Assembly (NCBI GenBank): GCA_030141605.1
Contig: JAQGDQ010000159.1
Span: 248,001 to 312,000, forward strand
Direction: 5' to 3'
Length of the DNA stretch: 64,000 bases
From: Tubiluchus corallicola
Lineage: Eukaryota > Animalia > Priapulida
Shown: positions 13,272-27,159 of the stretch, piece after piece
Layout: each line of letters begins with the position of its first letter
Numbering within the stretch: position 1 is the stretch's first letter
The notes under the pieces: model-generated
What the model saw: only the letters and a program-made list of their open reading frames with translations
Told to the model about the DNA's origin: nothing
Database searches by the model: none
Translations under genes and position numbers: made by a program

Positions 13272-16200
13272 CTGAGAAACAAAATAGATTTTTAATAAAA
13301 ACACGGCCAGAGTGTTCTGCAACTGGCATACAACCAAAATAGGATGGACTAATATAATCAGATTTGAAATTTTATTTTAGACTTAAAATTTCAAATCTGA
13401 TTATATTAGTTATTTATTTTTAATTTTAATTTTAATATCTTAATTAATTGATAATATTGAAATTAGGATTCTATGTGATTAATGATATTGCAAGTTAGTG
13501 AGGGCTGCTGCAAATTAACTAAGTAACCTTCCGAGGTTCGAGCACCAGCATTTCGGCTTCGTTACGCCCATAGTATGCATGTTTTGAGGTCAGCATCGAA
13601 AGTCGAATTTAATTTCACAAAGAAATGGCGGAGAAATAACACTTTTAAATTTTCTGGGTTGACCGCCAAAAGTAATCGCTAAAGAGGGAAAAATCAAATA
13701 ACACGTCACTGTTTACACGATCAAATGATTTGTTTGTGTCAAGAAAGCAGGTATACACTGGAGTATTACTTTTAACATACGATTGAATTAATTTCTTGTT
13801 CAGTCTCTATCTTCTAATTTGAGTAAACTAGCATCAGGAATGACGGATTGAATAATAAGCTCTTGGGATTGAATTAAGCTGCCCTGTATTAATCCCAAGG
13901 GACTATGTAGGCTTGTTATCCAATACCTTGCAGTTTTGACCGAAATATATTTAGAGTTGTTCAGTATCCAACGGCTAGTGGAGTCCATTTGACCAATGAG
14001 TTTGTAAATAGGGGTTTTGTCGTGCGGCAGTTTTGTGTAAAATGAATTAATGCAAAAAAAGTTTCTGGTTAAACTTCGAATTTAAAATTTGATTATCAAT
14101 GCTCTTCCAACCCACTTACAAATTACGATTCAAAACTAGGTAGCCAACTCGTATACTTATTTCCTTAAGAAAAGTCATGCCAACAATCGTTTGGTTTTCC
14201 CTGATTTGCCTGTAAATTCAGAAGCCGATGTAATTTAGGGGTTAAGCCGAAAGCTATAAGCCAAAATAAAATTTGATTATGAAAAGTTTACACAAACGTT
14301 ACAAGTTTTTTCTGAAAGCACAACACATTATTTAAGTTTACCGTCATGACAGATTTCCAATTTCTAGCACGATTATTGTGTTTCCACCTCATGCGTTCAG
14401 TTGCTTCTAGTTCAGTAAACGTAATCGATCAGTTCTAAAAACTGACGCCATTTCTAGAACATTTGCTAATAAAACAAAGAATGTATTCTGCACACTTGAT
14501 AAGATCTCTCTAAGTGACTACAAAACTCATTTTTGTGGTTTCACCTCCTCTTAGCACACTGAATATTCAATTAGATAAGTCAATAACCCTCGCGAATTAA
14601 TCACTGCAGTTTATAGCTTGTTGAAGGAGGACCATTAAACGCTGTCCTAGCATAACTCGATAGCCATTGCGCAACATACTATTTGCATTGTATAGTTTAA
14701 TCACTGTGAGTGTGTAGTCCTATCATCATTGACTAATTCAACTGACAGCCAGTTCGAAACCAGTTTCATAAATTGAAGTTATCGAGATTAATATGGCAAT
14801 GTTATGGACCTGAATTACGAAATTGCCAGTTGCAGGCTGCAGCCTCATACATACTAGTAAATGAGGAACAGAATAAGTTTTGCTATCTTGAATAAGACTG
14901 GTGTGTGCAGAACGACTGTGCAGAATGTTAAAAGGTGTTTAGTGAAGATTACAAAATAGGTTTAGCTGCAATACACTTAGTCTATCATGTGCAGCTAGCG
15001 ATACGTTAAAAAATGTAAAAATGAAAAAAGACTGTATAGTGATGCTGCTTATTCTTGCTTGTCTTCTCTTTTGTTGTTCGTTCGTTCGTTCGTTCATTTT
15101 TTTCGTTCTTTCGTTCGCCCATTTGCCTAAACGTGCTTTTTCTACAAAAATTATGGTAACACAGATATTTTGCCGTTACTTAAATTCTTATTTAAACAAT
15201 TTATATCATCCTCTATTACAATGGGTAGCTGGAATCAATTATATAACCATATACCCTGATTAATTACAGAGAATCTCGATTTATGGTGTTGCGCGAGTAA
15301 CTGATTAACGCTATATTACACTATTGTAACTATTTACAGGCGTATCACTCATTATTCTATAATTAATCGTTGGTCATTAATAATACATTGGCTTAATTGT
15401 TCGCCCTTATAATAATTTTGGTTTTTATAATTATTAATATATCGTTCATAAAACTGCTATAAACATCAAAACGGACTGCGTTATTCTACCAAGAATTAAT
15501 CGTAGAAGGATCAAAGTGGTGACGTAAATTAAATAGTCCAGTAATTTGGTTTTATTTGATTTGGTAGTACATTATTACGCAGCACAAAAGAATTTATCAT
15601 TACTAGTGCCCAGTAATGATACATATAGCCTAAAAATATGAAAATGTGCAATAAGAAACATATAGAAACTGTAAAAGCTAGTTCGTTTTCATACGAACGT
15701 GTGGTGAGTGTCTAGTGACATGTTTGCTATTCAACGGCGGTTTTTTTTATCAACAATTCTGTCCAAATCGAATTAGAGACATTTATTGGATTGGGCATGA
15801 AGTGCGTGCTCTCATATTGTCGTTGTCGTCCTCGACGTGGTTGGTAATGTTGTTTTAAACATTTATCTCCAAAAGCTATCACAGGCTACAGTTTTCGTCG
15901 CAGGAGGCTAAATTTTGATTTAAGATACTATGGCCCATTGCGCAGACCGCAACAGAGCCTGATTTTTCAATTTCTTAAATGTGCCTGTTAAATGGACCAT
16001 GTCTGCTAAATGGATTTGCCCAACAATGAAATTGTTACATTGGTGTGGTTTCTTTTATTCTAATGTATAAATGGATACACCCCAACAATGCGTATACTAA
16101 ATTTTTATTAAAAAACGTCTATAGTAACGGTAAGTGCTTCATATGATTTTCTTAAGGAAATCACTAACTTTACAGGAAATGAGCAATTAGGGCGTGCCGG

Positions 16201-18181
16201 ATCAAAGCCCATTAGTGCTTCCATTCTAGTTACTCCGCAGTTACATGTAAGTTAACTGTAAGTTACTTTTCATATTTGTCGAAACGGTTCAACCTGACCC
16301 AGTACTTTGTTTTGTTTCTTACTTAAATTGCCAAAATTAATCTAAAATAACACGAAAATAGCCGAAAAATGAAAGTGATGCAACGACATCTATGAGAGAA
16401 AGGTAATTTTTTCATTAACCATATATATAAAAATAGAGATTTATCAATGGCAGAATTCTTCATTGTCACTTATCCAACTGCCAAGTAGAGTCAGTGATGT
16501 TAAGTAGTCTTCTATGTGCCCGCGGCCCAAACTAATTTAGAGAATTAAAACTGCAACGTTCCAGTCTCAAACGGCAACTTTGCCATTGTTTACTTAGAAA
16601 ATGAATGAAATTACTAATATTTATGAATTTACTGTCTACTGAGTACTCTCTTGAATTGGCAAAATGTTATTCGTGTGTCCTCTTAATTTGATTAATGACA
16701 TTCAAATAATTACAACAATTCGTAGGAGAAATGTCGGCTGTTTTGTTAATTTGTTATTGCGAGGGTAGAGGAATTTGACTAGAAAAACTCAAATTTTGCA
16801 ATAGTTTTTTTGGAATGATCTAAAGAGGAAAACATCGTCATGACTATCCATAATATTTTTGCTAGAAATTGTCTCTTTACTTTTGACGCGTAAGCTCAAA
16901 TGAACAACTCAATCTTCTGAGTGCAATTTAAAGCTTATTTGTTTAAAAGGTTTAAAAACATACCGTGAATGCCTGCAAAGTGGTTTTTTGCTCAAATTGT
17001 CTTAAATGCTAATAATGCTGAATGCATTTTCGCACGGGCACTAGTTTTGTAGTAAATGTTTTCGAATTGAAGCTTTAATATTTTATGACGTTTCGCGTAA
17101 TAAAATACGCATACAGTAAATTTATGCTCTGATATGGCAAGTCGGGGGGCTGATTTCGCTACAGGTCGTTTATCCAGGAGCTTACCGGCAGTTCTTCATG
17201 CAGAAATTGTTTTTTTTGTGGTTGGTGCGTGGGTTTCTAAGAAGTTTTATGCAAAGTTCCTAAATTCCGTTTTGAAGAACTGATGCAGGCTGCAGTAGTA
17301 GTCTAAAAGCACCCCCAGTTTCTCAAAATCCGCCCTCTTGGCTAAGCTGCTGATCCTTGACGAAGCCTGTCAGACCGACCATTAGAATGTATTTGTGCAC
17401 TGTCTCGGTAGATGTGAACGTGGCAAGTCTGCAAGAATTGTTTGGGCTTTAAATGCTTCAAACTCCTGCAAAGCGTTGGCAAACTTTACTCAAACATCCA
17501 TATTCGTTTTCACGTTTTACGCCAGAAGTGCATAACTCTTGATCAGCACGAACATGTAAATACACATGCTGAAAGCATTTCGAATGCATTAGGACATTTT
17601 AAGACTGAAATTGGAACCCTAACAGGTTTCCGCGTTGACCTTGCTCATACAAAAGTCACATTCCTGTCAGCTATCAAAGCATAAGAGCTGACTGAATTGA
17701 TAAGATCTGCTAAATCACGTTCTCAGTATAAAGTCTGTCTGGTGTAAACACGAATAAGCTTTGGTAAAAATTCTTATGAATCTCGTCTTTTTAATGTGAA
17801 ATTTCCAAAAGTCGGTTATCACGTCTCATTTTAGAATTTTGAACTGAAGGATTTTAATAAATGAAAAACATAATATGCACCTTATAGAAAAATGTCAGTA
17901 AATAGGCAATATATCTCATCACGAAATATACATATAATAGCTTTTTTTGCCAAGTGATCTTAAATTTTAAGTTGTAATAAAAATTATAAACAGAAAACGT
18001 TTAAGCGATTTTTTAGCTTTTTTATGTGTTTTAAAAGAGATCGATATTGTATAGACATGCTAAAATGGGCAAGTTTTTGTATTTTTTTATTAGAAAATTC
18101 ATGTAAGCCTGCCCGTATTAATATGTGGGTGTTTATGTTTCAAACGAATAAAAATTCCACATTGTACATAGGCCTACTCAC
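13272..18181 (-). other. Intron of K2P gene A (4910 bp, GT-AG, phase 1)
   Basis: Donor G|GTGAGT at 18181 and acceptor CAG ending at 13272; splicing restores TTIGYG in frame (505+728 = 1233 nt, 410 aa plus stop). Confidence 0.93.
13348..13410. repeat. Perfect 27-bp inverted repeat with 9-nt loop
   Basis: ACTAATATAATCAGATTTGAAATTTTA - ttttagact - TAAAATTTCAAATCTGATTATATTAGT. Confidence 0.95.
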
Positions 18182-18686
18182 CTATTGTAGTGATAACTGT
18201 TATGGAAAAGAGAAGAGCTCCAGAGAAACACCACTGCGCCTGCCCCTCACCTGGATCTTTGCCATCGTATCCTTCTCTCAAAGCCCTCACGACATTCCTT
18301 TCAAACCTCTGAAGATTATTCAACGCTTCGGCCGTCCAATTCTCATAGTAAAACACGTTTAAGTCTAAAGTTAAATCCCACAAATCTTTTGCTACAGATT
18401 CTCTGTAATCTATCATCTTTAACTTTTTCTCTGTCTCGAAAGGACTCTCAATAGCCTGAAAGATTAACCCACCAGCGATAGTGTAGCCAACCAACACAGC
18501 CGAGAGTCCAACTTGAGAAAATAAGGCAGCAGCGAATCTAATGCCGTATTGCTTAAACTTGTCACAATCTAGCTGACATCTGCAGCAGCCGTCGTTGTTC
18601 CTGATGCAGGTGAGCCCGCAGGTGTGTCCACACAGGTAACGCTTGCCTGTCCCAACTTTCTTGAACGAAAATACCATCTTATCCAT
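18182..18686 (-). CDS. K2P potassium channel gene A, coding exon 1 (N-terminus, M1, cap, P1)
   Basis: M1 LFSQVGLSAVLVGYTIAGGLIFQAIE; cap region with an NWT sequon; pore helix WCFSGALLFSITVITTIG ending at the splice donor; start context GCCATGG. Confidence 0.95.
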
Positions 18687-19356
18687 GGCTAAGCAAGATG
18701 TTAAAGCACAATCGCCTATGAGTTGGTATTTGTGAGTTGATATCCAAAAAGTATTTGCGTTTCTATCATCATTCTCACCGTGCTAAAAATAATTTCAGCT
18801 TCATGTTAGTTCATGTCCTTTAGAAAAATGAGAGCTGGCTTTGCAACTACACAGCATTGGCTTGCAGAAAATATAAACATTAATTTGGTGATTGCATATT
18901 TGGAACAACATAAGGTTTTCGGAACACTGTTTCTTTTAGTTTGTAGCATTTGCATTAGTTTACTTAAACCATAGCAAACTTCCTACTTTTGTGGATGTCT
19001 GAGTTGTGCGCATCTGAACCACGCATATTGCGATATGAAGCCGGCTGCCAATACATCACTGCTTGGTGTGTTAATGTAATACATGTATTGTCGTCACAAT
19101 AGTTTGCACATGTTTACATTGAGAATTTTAGCCATGCTTGCTTGTATCATTTAGGAACGACTTCTCATGAGCCATAATTGTTATCTATAATTTTCCATTG
19201 ATTTCAAAAATATCAAACATTAATGAAGGAAGAACCTCGCAATTATTACTAATTTTTTTTTAAAACCAAGCTGACTGAAAGAAAGGAAATGGAAAAAGTC
19301 AAATCTGATTTCATTGAAATTTGATCATTTTTGAAACATTGAGCTCAGCCTAATCA

Positions 19357-19530
<174 letters not shown>

Positions 19531-20032
19531 GCACTTTGTTTTACAAACACAAGTACAATTAACAAATCACACACTTAAATAAGCAACGCATACAGGAACA
19601 CGTCCCTATAAATACAGGGCTCTTTTAATCGTAGTTGATTGAAAAATACCATAATTTATAACAAACACATCTACATGTATATACAGTCCTGATTGAATAC
19701 ATTAATTCTTTGCAAAATAAATTCGTACCTCTTAATTTATAATCACGTATTCTTGAGATTTTATGCGCATAGTTAATCAAAAATTTCTTAACTTCCACAT
19801 CTATACTTTTGGTTAAAAATATAAACTTATCAATATCACACATGGATGAGAATTCTGGAAAAATATCTGATATTTGATTTAAGAACGCAGTCTTTTCTTG
19901 ACAATAAACATTGCACTGCATATTAAAGTGAAATTCATCTTTCGTGCTTCCATTCTTATATAAAGTACATTTCTCATACCAACAGGTGTTTTAGGTCTGG
20001 CATATCGACCGGCTTCAATTTGTAATCTATGT
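19531..20032 (-). mobile_element. 5'-truncated LINE remnant (C-terminus of ORF2, CR1/L2/Daphne-like), frameshifted
   Basis: Minus strand reads HRLQIEAGRYARPKTPV..(frameshift)..KCTLYKNGSTKDEFHFNMQCNVY, matching the H-L-IE-GR..R-C..C..EDE-HF..C..Y motif at the end of such LINE ORF2 proteins, followed by an (ATT)n tail. Confidence 0.8.
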
Positions 20033-22348
20033 AAAATATCGTTTTTATCAATTGACATATTCCTTTAGTCGTACTACGGCTGACTAAAGGACTCGACGAA
20101 AAGAAAAAAACCAGAAAGGTTGGCCAGGCGGCTAGTTTATTTTGGCTTAAAAGACAGACCGGATGATTGCGTGAGTTTCTTTTTTAGCATTTTAAACTCT
20201 CGCAGAGCTTTAGCAAAGGGATGGTCAGCTTTTTGAATTTGTAAATATGTTGAAAGTATCTCCTAGTAAGTAAGGATAATTTAAGACTGAAGTTGAAACA
20301 CCAACGTTTCGATCTGTGTTGAACGTACTTTCACAAGAATTCCTGAATTGCCACCCCCCCCCCCCCCGTATATTATACTAAGTACTAAGTATCCATAGTG
20401 TCATCATTTTCTAAAGTATTTTGAAAGCATCTTCATTAGTATATTAGTCTCGTTCACCAGTGTAAATGTGCTGTCAAAATTTCAGTTTGGTTTTAGGAAA
20501 CCAAATCAACGCAACTGAATAGGCGATACCTTGAACTTCCTGAATTTGGGGCACTGCATCTTGGTTGTTGATGCTATCTCCTGTTGACGTTGCAGTCATT
20601 GTGTTGCAGTAGTCGCCTCTAGCGATTTCCTAGCAGTTGTCGCCATGGCCATTAACGTTGTTGGAGTTGCCGCCATTGCCATTGCCGCTATAGTTTTCTT
20701 TGCTACTGCTGCCGTCGCCGATGCGTTTGGTTACCGAGAAATTAAGAATAACACATATGCATGTGTTTGTGTGTGAGTGTGCGTGTGCGTGCGTGTTTCG
20801 CGTGTGCTAGTGGAAGTTCTTACTTCTAAACAAAATTTATGTTAAATTTACAAAAAGTGTAAATCAACAACAAATTGGCAAAAATAACAAACTATTGACC
20901 ATTTTGTATTTCGGTGATTCTGTTGGACAGTTGAGTTACTTCATGCATGTTTGTAACTACATTTAACGCAATGAAAGTGGAAAAGACGTAAATGTACCTA
21001 AATTGAAACTTGACGTTTCGGAAATAATATGGTATTACCCACCAGTTTGACCGGTTAACACCGTCTACGCTAGGAAGATTTGCTACGAAATTGCTTAAAA
21101 ACCAATTTTGATTGGCATCAAAAACGAAATAAGGAATTTCCAGGCGGTTAGTTTCGATACTCATATTTTAGTTAATATTTTGAAAGATCTTGTCAGCCTA
21201 ATAAAGTTGTGTACAGATCTAGCAGCGTTTTTGCAAACCACATTAAGAAGTCATATAACAAATATAGCGTATAACAAATATTGTTTTCGATAGACCACAA
21301 AGAGAAAAAATCAAAATGAAAGCATTTGAGTGAAGACAGCAGTTGATAGAAGACGCGATTAAAGAAGTAACTGAAGGAGAATAAAGAAATGCAGGGTAAA
21401 CACAAAAGGAATAACCTTTAATTGAAAAATATGTAAAATCTTAGTAATGCTATTAATAAAAGCACAGATGACGTTCAAAATCTGAATAATAATTATAAAA
21501 TGACAAAAGAAAAAAGAAATGATTGCAGAAACTGTCATTTGTAACTTTTGTAAGACTTAGCTGCATAAACATTTTTTGGAATATGAACCGCGTTGCTTTT
21601 GCTTATACACATGTAGTTTTATGAGCGCTATAATCTGTGAGTAATGTGCTGTCTAATTAATGAGAACAAATGATAGAGGAATTTTGTTTTAATTTGCTAC
21701 CTGTCTTTCTCATTCTAATAAAACAGGAAACGCATTTTTTAATTTGCCTGCCTAACCTGTTTTTTATTTATGTTATAGTTGTTTACATAACTAATATTAT
21801 GCCAGCGTGATTCTGCGGTTTTGTGGCATGCATTTCAATTCTAAAGTCCCCAGGGCTGCACGACTTGGACTGGATCCAGTTACCACCAGGGATTTTCATA
21901 GGACACTTCCTGAATTCATGTCAACCTTCAGCGTTGATTTAAGACTCCAAATTTAAGTTTATCACTTGTTTTTGCAGAAGAGTCTATACTTGAGAGGACT
22001 GCAACTGAATTATACTGTTTTGGACTGATTTAAAACTAGATTGAATGTTGCGAATTTAAGTAGATTTTTACTTTTTGATCGCGCTTATAATCAAGTAATT
22101 TAGTGTCTGAGCGTCTCCCCACATCATTGATTTGATGATTTTTTGGATAAACAAATGTTTTCAATTATTTGTATTTGTGTTTCTATTTGTCTTTATTCCT
22201 TCAACAAAAAACATACAGTTACAGAAAAAGTGCAAAGTATAAATATCAATATTAATGTATATAAAAATTCAGTTTGTTGAGTAAGGAAGGCACTTATTGA
22301 CTGCGTGTGACGTGAAATAAATTAACAAATATTAGCGACAGACTGGGC

Positions 22349-22641
22349 GAATAGAATAGAATAGAATAGAATAGAATAGAATAGAATAGAATAGAATAGA
22401 ATAGAATAGAATAGAATAGAATAGAATAGAACACAATAGAATAGAACAGAACAGAACAGAACAGAACAGAACAGAACAGAACAGAACAGAACAGAACAGA
22501 ACAGAACAGAACAGAACAGAACAGAACAGAACAGAACAGAACAGAACAGAACAGAACAGAACAGAACAGAACAGAACAGAACAGAACAGAACAGAACAGA
22601 ACAGAACAGAACAGAACAGAACAGAACAGAACAGAATAGAA
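22349..22641. repeat. Compound pentanucleotide microsatellite (AATAG)n(AACAG)n
   Basis: Seen directly; it produces the LFCSV/LFYSI ORFs. Confidence 0.97.
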
Positions 22642-25608
22642 TGGAGTAAAATACGTCGTGATTCATGTAACATGTTTTTGGGTGATTTAATAAAGGCCCG
22701 ACGGAAGCTATTTGTTTGACTTGGGTTTCGAATAAAAGAGCCTTGAATTTTTGCATTACTGAGCTGAGCACTATGATTGAGCAGGTATAGGCTCAACCTG
22801 TGTCGCTTTTGTTTCGGTAGCGTTTCAGTAAGTGATATGCTATAAATTTCTTTTACTTGTCAGTCAGCAGAATTAGATTTTCTAGTGTTGCAATCATAAT
22901 GAATTTGTCTAACTAAGCAAAATGAACTTTGGTTATTTTGTTGCCAATAAGCATACACACTTTTCATGAACATGGTTTAACCGACTCAACCACCCACCCC
23001 CACAAGCGAAGTCTTTCAGTCTATGTAACATCAAGATCTCTATTGTTTCCTATAATCTGGTACGGTTATAGAGAAGATTGGTTAGGCACACATTCAAACC
23101 GATGCTTTTTCCAAGTTTTTCCAAGAACAGATGAAGGCATATAACATATGGTCTTTATAATTAAATTTATAACTTACAGTATGTTGGTTGCTCAATAGGT
23201 TCTACTCGCACATAGGCTAATTAATTACTATACTTAAATAGCTTTGATAACTGATTAAAGTGATAAGCTTGAGGATTTCTGAAAAGTCTAGCAGAGGCTT
23301 AAACCACTGACATTGGGACTACCAGTCCCATGCTAAACTAGGGAACTATATGAAACTTCAGTTAATAGAGAACGTTAATAGCCACTCCAAAGCTCTGCAA
23401 ACTATATATGCTGTTAACAGTTTGTGTCACGTGAATTTGGCATTAATTTTATCAATATCAATGAGGATAAAATTAAATGTATCCTTTTGCAGTCAGTCAG
23501 GTGGTCAATCCATTTTATGCAGTTCGCTTGGAGTCATTTATTAACAGAAGCCATTCATGTCCTATTCTAATGATTTAAATAAAATAAAGTAAATCATCCC
23601 ACTCGTATCTATTAGCGATCGCCTTGCTTCACCAAATGACAGAAGGTCTATATTTATAAAGGAATAACCAACCACATGTTTACTTTTTACCCGCGCTATC
23701 AGGTCTTACACAGATGATGAAGTAACATTATAAATTTATAAAGATAATAACAGTATAGGCCTAATTCTGTTTGTGAAACTACTCATACACACATTACTGG
23801 ATATTTTTGTTCTTGACGAGGTTTCACTTGCGACTGTTTTTGTCTTGTGCATGTGTATTTTCAAAGGTTTCATAAGCAGTGAGTGTGGTGTGTGTGTGTG
23901 TGTGGGGGGGGGGGGGGGAGGTGGAAAAGGTACGTTTCATCACTTAAAATCTTTTTTCTTCTAGCATTTTAAGTTGTGATAATTTACTCTGCGCTTACAT
24001 CAGTGTCTGTATAAGGATAACGATATCGCAAAAAGCGTTGTCATATAATATATATACTGGCGTCCTATACTAGTCAAGATATAATTATTAAAGCCGCGTA
24101 ATAGAGATCTGTCACAAACATTTTCAACAGAAGCTCAAAATAAACTTCTTTTAAAGTCCGAAACTAGATGATCTTATTCAATTAGCGTAGTTGTGTTACT
24201 GTGTATATCACTAGTAACTCTGCTTTTGCAATTTTTGACTTTTGCAATCTTTGAATCATCAGTCACTTTCAAAAATAATGAAAACAAGTGAATAACATTT
24301 TACTTGTACAGTAAAGCACTTAAGAACTGGAGTATTTTTATCATAATAAAGGTAACGATTTCTTCAGGATTTACACACAAATTCTTGTTTAAAATTTTTT
24401 TGTACTATTTACCAAGCTTTCACATCTTTCTAGAAAACCACACTTTGCTTTGAGTATGTTACTGTTAAAGCTATTGTAATTTTTTATCGGTTAATAATTC
24501 CTTTTAATTTTTTACGCGATTAACCACTGCTAAGTTCATAAATTTCTTTGGCACAAAAGCTATGAGTAACATCTCATCGGCTAAAATATATGTAAAGCTA
24601 AAAACTAAAAGACGTATAACTCTAAACCCTATCAAATGTGAATTTGGAATATTTTGCTACCGGAACTTTTGCCAGCGTACAACTAACAAAACCACATGTC
24701 TAACTTCTTTCTAACTAAAACTCTTCACTTGTTTAGATTTTATATTACTATTAAATTTTATTTGGACAGCTAGGTCATATATAATAGTTGTACACAATTA
24801 CATATTTCTACTATTGCGACGCACAGGGGGTTTCCTGGCTTGATTATGCAGCAGATGCGGGGTGTATCCTTACATTTCAGCACAAACAAGGCTGCCCTCA
24901 CTGCTTGTTAAAGAGACCATTCACTTAATATTGAAGTAGCACTTTAAATATATGTATTTTTTGAAGAGTAGGCATTAAAAAAATGATTCACATGTCATAA
25001 ATTTGGAATTTTCATAAATCGAAGAAGCAACGACTAGTTACAAAACGGGTTTACTTCCAAATGCCATTTATAATATTTCATATGTAGCTGCTGCCATCTA
25101 TCGTAGTGCACGTAGTATAGAAGAAAAACAAATAGCGATTTTCTTCGTTAGCAGTTGTGAGGCTCCTCGACAGTGGTAATCAGTAACCTCAGGTTAATTA
25201 AGTTGAATGTAAGTCAAATTATTTTTTCATCTTTTACTATTTGTAGTTTAGTAGGTGAAGTTGCCCTTTACTGCACTTGCTATCTTATGCTGTAGTTGCT
25301 GCTGTAGTTTAAATTCATGTACATGTAAGAAGGTGCGAATATAAATCGCAAACTTTCAATGGTTTAATAAAAATTCAATATTAATAATTAATTGCAATTC
25401 TTGTTCTTACTGTAATTCGTGTTCCAATATGACTTGACTAGCAGAGCTTTTGGCACTAGGCGTCGTTAGAAAATTAAAACAATGTGTATATACTGTTTTA
25501 CTTTGTGCAGAATAATTGCTTGCTTCGACACAGCAATCAATTTTCTACCGCACTGCTAGAGCTCAGACCAGTAGAAGTTTTGCTGGAATATGATCAGCGA
25601 TCTCGCGG

Positions 25609-25677
25609 CACAGACAAGCAGACAGACAGACGGACGTACCTGGCGGATGGACGGACGGACGGACGGACGGACGGACT

Positions 25678-25708
<31 letters not shown>
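25609..25708. repeat. (GACA/GACG)n tetranucleotide tract, possibly the terminal microsatellite of a HINE-like element
   Basis: cagacaagcagacagacagacggacg..ggacggacggacgg..cagacagacagacaaac; the element context is inference. Confidence 0.8.
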
Positions 25709-25709
<1 letters not shown>

Positions 25710-26712
25710 AAGATTCCAAATCGTTTAGATAATTAACCAATTTACCACAGTATCGAGTTTCGTCTACACACAGAATCCTCAGCAGTTTTGGAGGAGATGG
25801 ATTTTGAAGCGAGAAAAGTACCGATTTTAGAAGTTTAAGATTTACGGCTGTTGCTAGGCAACAGTTGTCACAATGGTTAACAAAATGTTACAGCACCAGT
25901 AGAGCACAAACCCCACTTTGCTGCTTTAGGATGGTTAGAATTGGATCGGCGGCCATTGCTAGGTAACCAAATTATTTGCTACACATATAGAGCTCAGGAA
26001 GTTCAGGCTTACTTGCTGAGTAAGCTTAGTTGGAACCGATCAGCAATCTCCCAGGAATAGAGGGCATCGAAAGACAGATGATAAATTTTGGCTGCGCTAA
26101 ACAACCGTCATCATCATGGCAACAAAATTTTTTACTGCGCAGTTTGTGCTCATGCCTGCTCGCGCATGGTCAAAAAGTAGTGGATAAGTCACGAAATTTA
26201 GACTCCAGAGAATGCTTGTAAACTTCATAACTATAGCTAATCAGCGTTTATAAGAACGAAACAAATGCTTAAGACACATGTTCCATTGATGGTAAAAGTT
26301 TCGTGTAAACAATCTTAGATAACTTCTGAAATTAAAAATGAGCTGACATCTAACCTTACATTCACTCTCTGTGCTTCATATACAGGTACTCAAGCTTAAG
26401 GCACTCCACATTCTTTTTCATGTAGAAATAACCCCTTTATATACCTTTTCTGAAACAAGCCTTCCAACTTTAGGTTACTCACCCTACTGTCCAAATGAAT
26501 TTGCCTGGATCATGTGTCATTTCATTACATACTAACCTGATACACCTACACTTCTAGTAAAACCGTGATTCGCTAATTGCTCTGTGTTGGTGATTAATTG
26601 CAAAATATTTCCATTTTGGTCAGGTACTTATTAGAACACAGACTGTTGTACTTTTTGTTATAGTGCTTATTTAAAGTTAAATTTATATAGTACAAAGTGT
26701 CAATTTTTCTCT

Positions 26713-26716
<4 letters not shown>

Positions 26717-26769
<53 letters not shown>
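26717..26769. repeat. (CT)n microsatellite
   Basis: Seen directly. Confidence 0.97.
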
Positions 26770-26771
<2 letters not shown>

Positions 26772-27045
26772 GTTTATACTTTACTGTATTAGAGTGTAGT
26801 TTAAAGAACAGATATTGTCACGTCAAGTAATTTATGGACGCACTGAGGAACGAACACAAAAGAAAATTTGTCGTGCTTATAGGCCCTGTGTGTGTATGTA
26901 CAGCTTGTAGCAATGTAGCAATGCAGCACTTGTAGCAGTAGTAAAGAGGGGAGTGGAAGTGTAGATAGATAGATACAGAGAGAGAAGGTTTGCATGCTCG
27001 GTAATTTTTGTAGCAATGTAGTAGTGTAGGACTGGTAGCAGTGGC

Positions 27046-27054
27046 CGAGAGAGC

Positions 27055-27116
<62 letters not shown>

Positions 27117-27117
27117 G

Positions 27118-27156
<39 letters not shown>
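27046..27156. repeat. (GA)n microsatellite
   Basis: Seen directly. Confidence 0.97.

Positions 27157-27159
<3 letters not shown>

Noticed and set aside
13272-13329. N-terminal MPVAEHSG.. of the 261-aa ORF as a real start
   Set aside because: It lies in the polypyrimidine/acceptor region of the intron; the spliced model explains the protein better.
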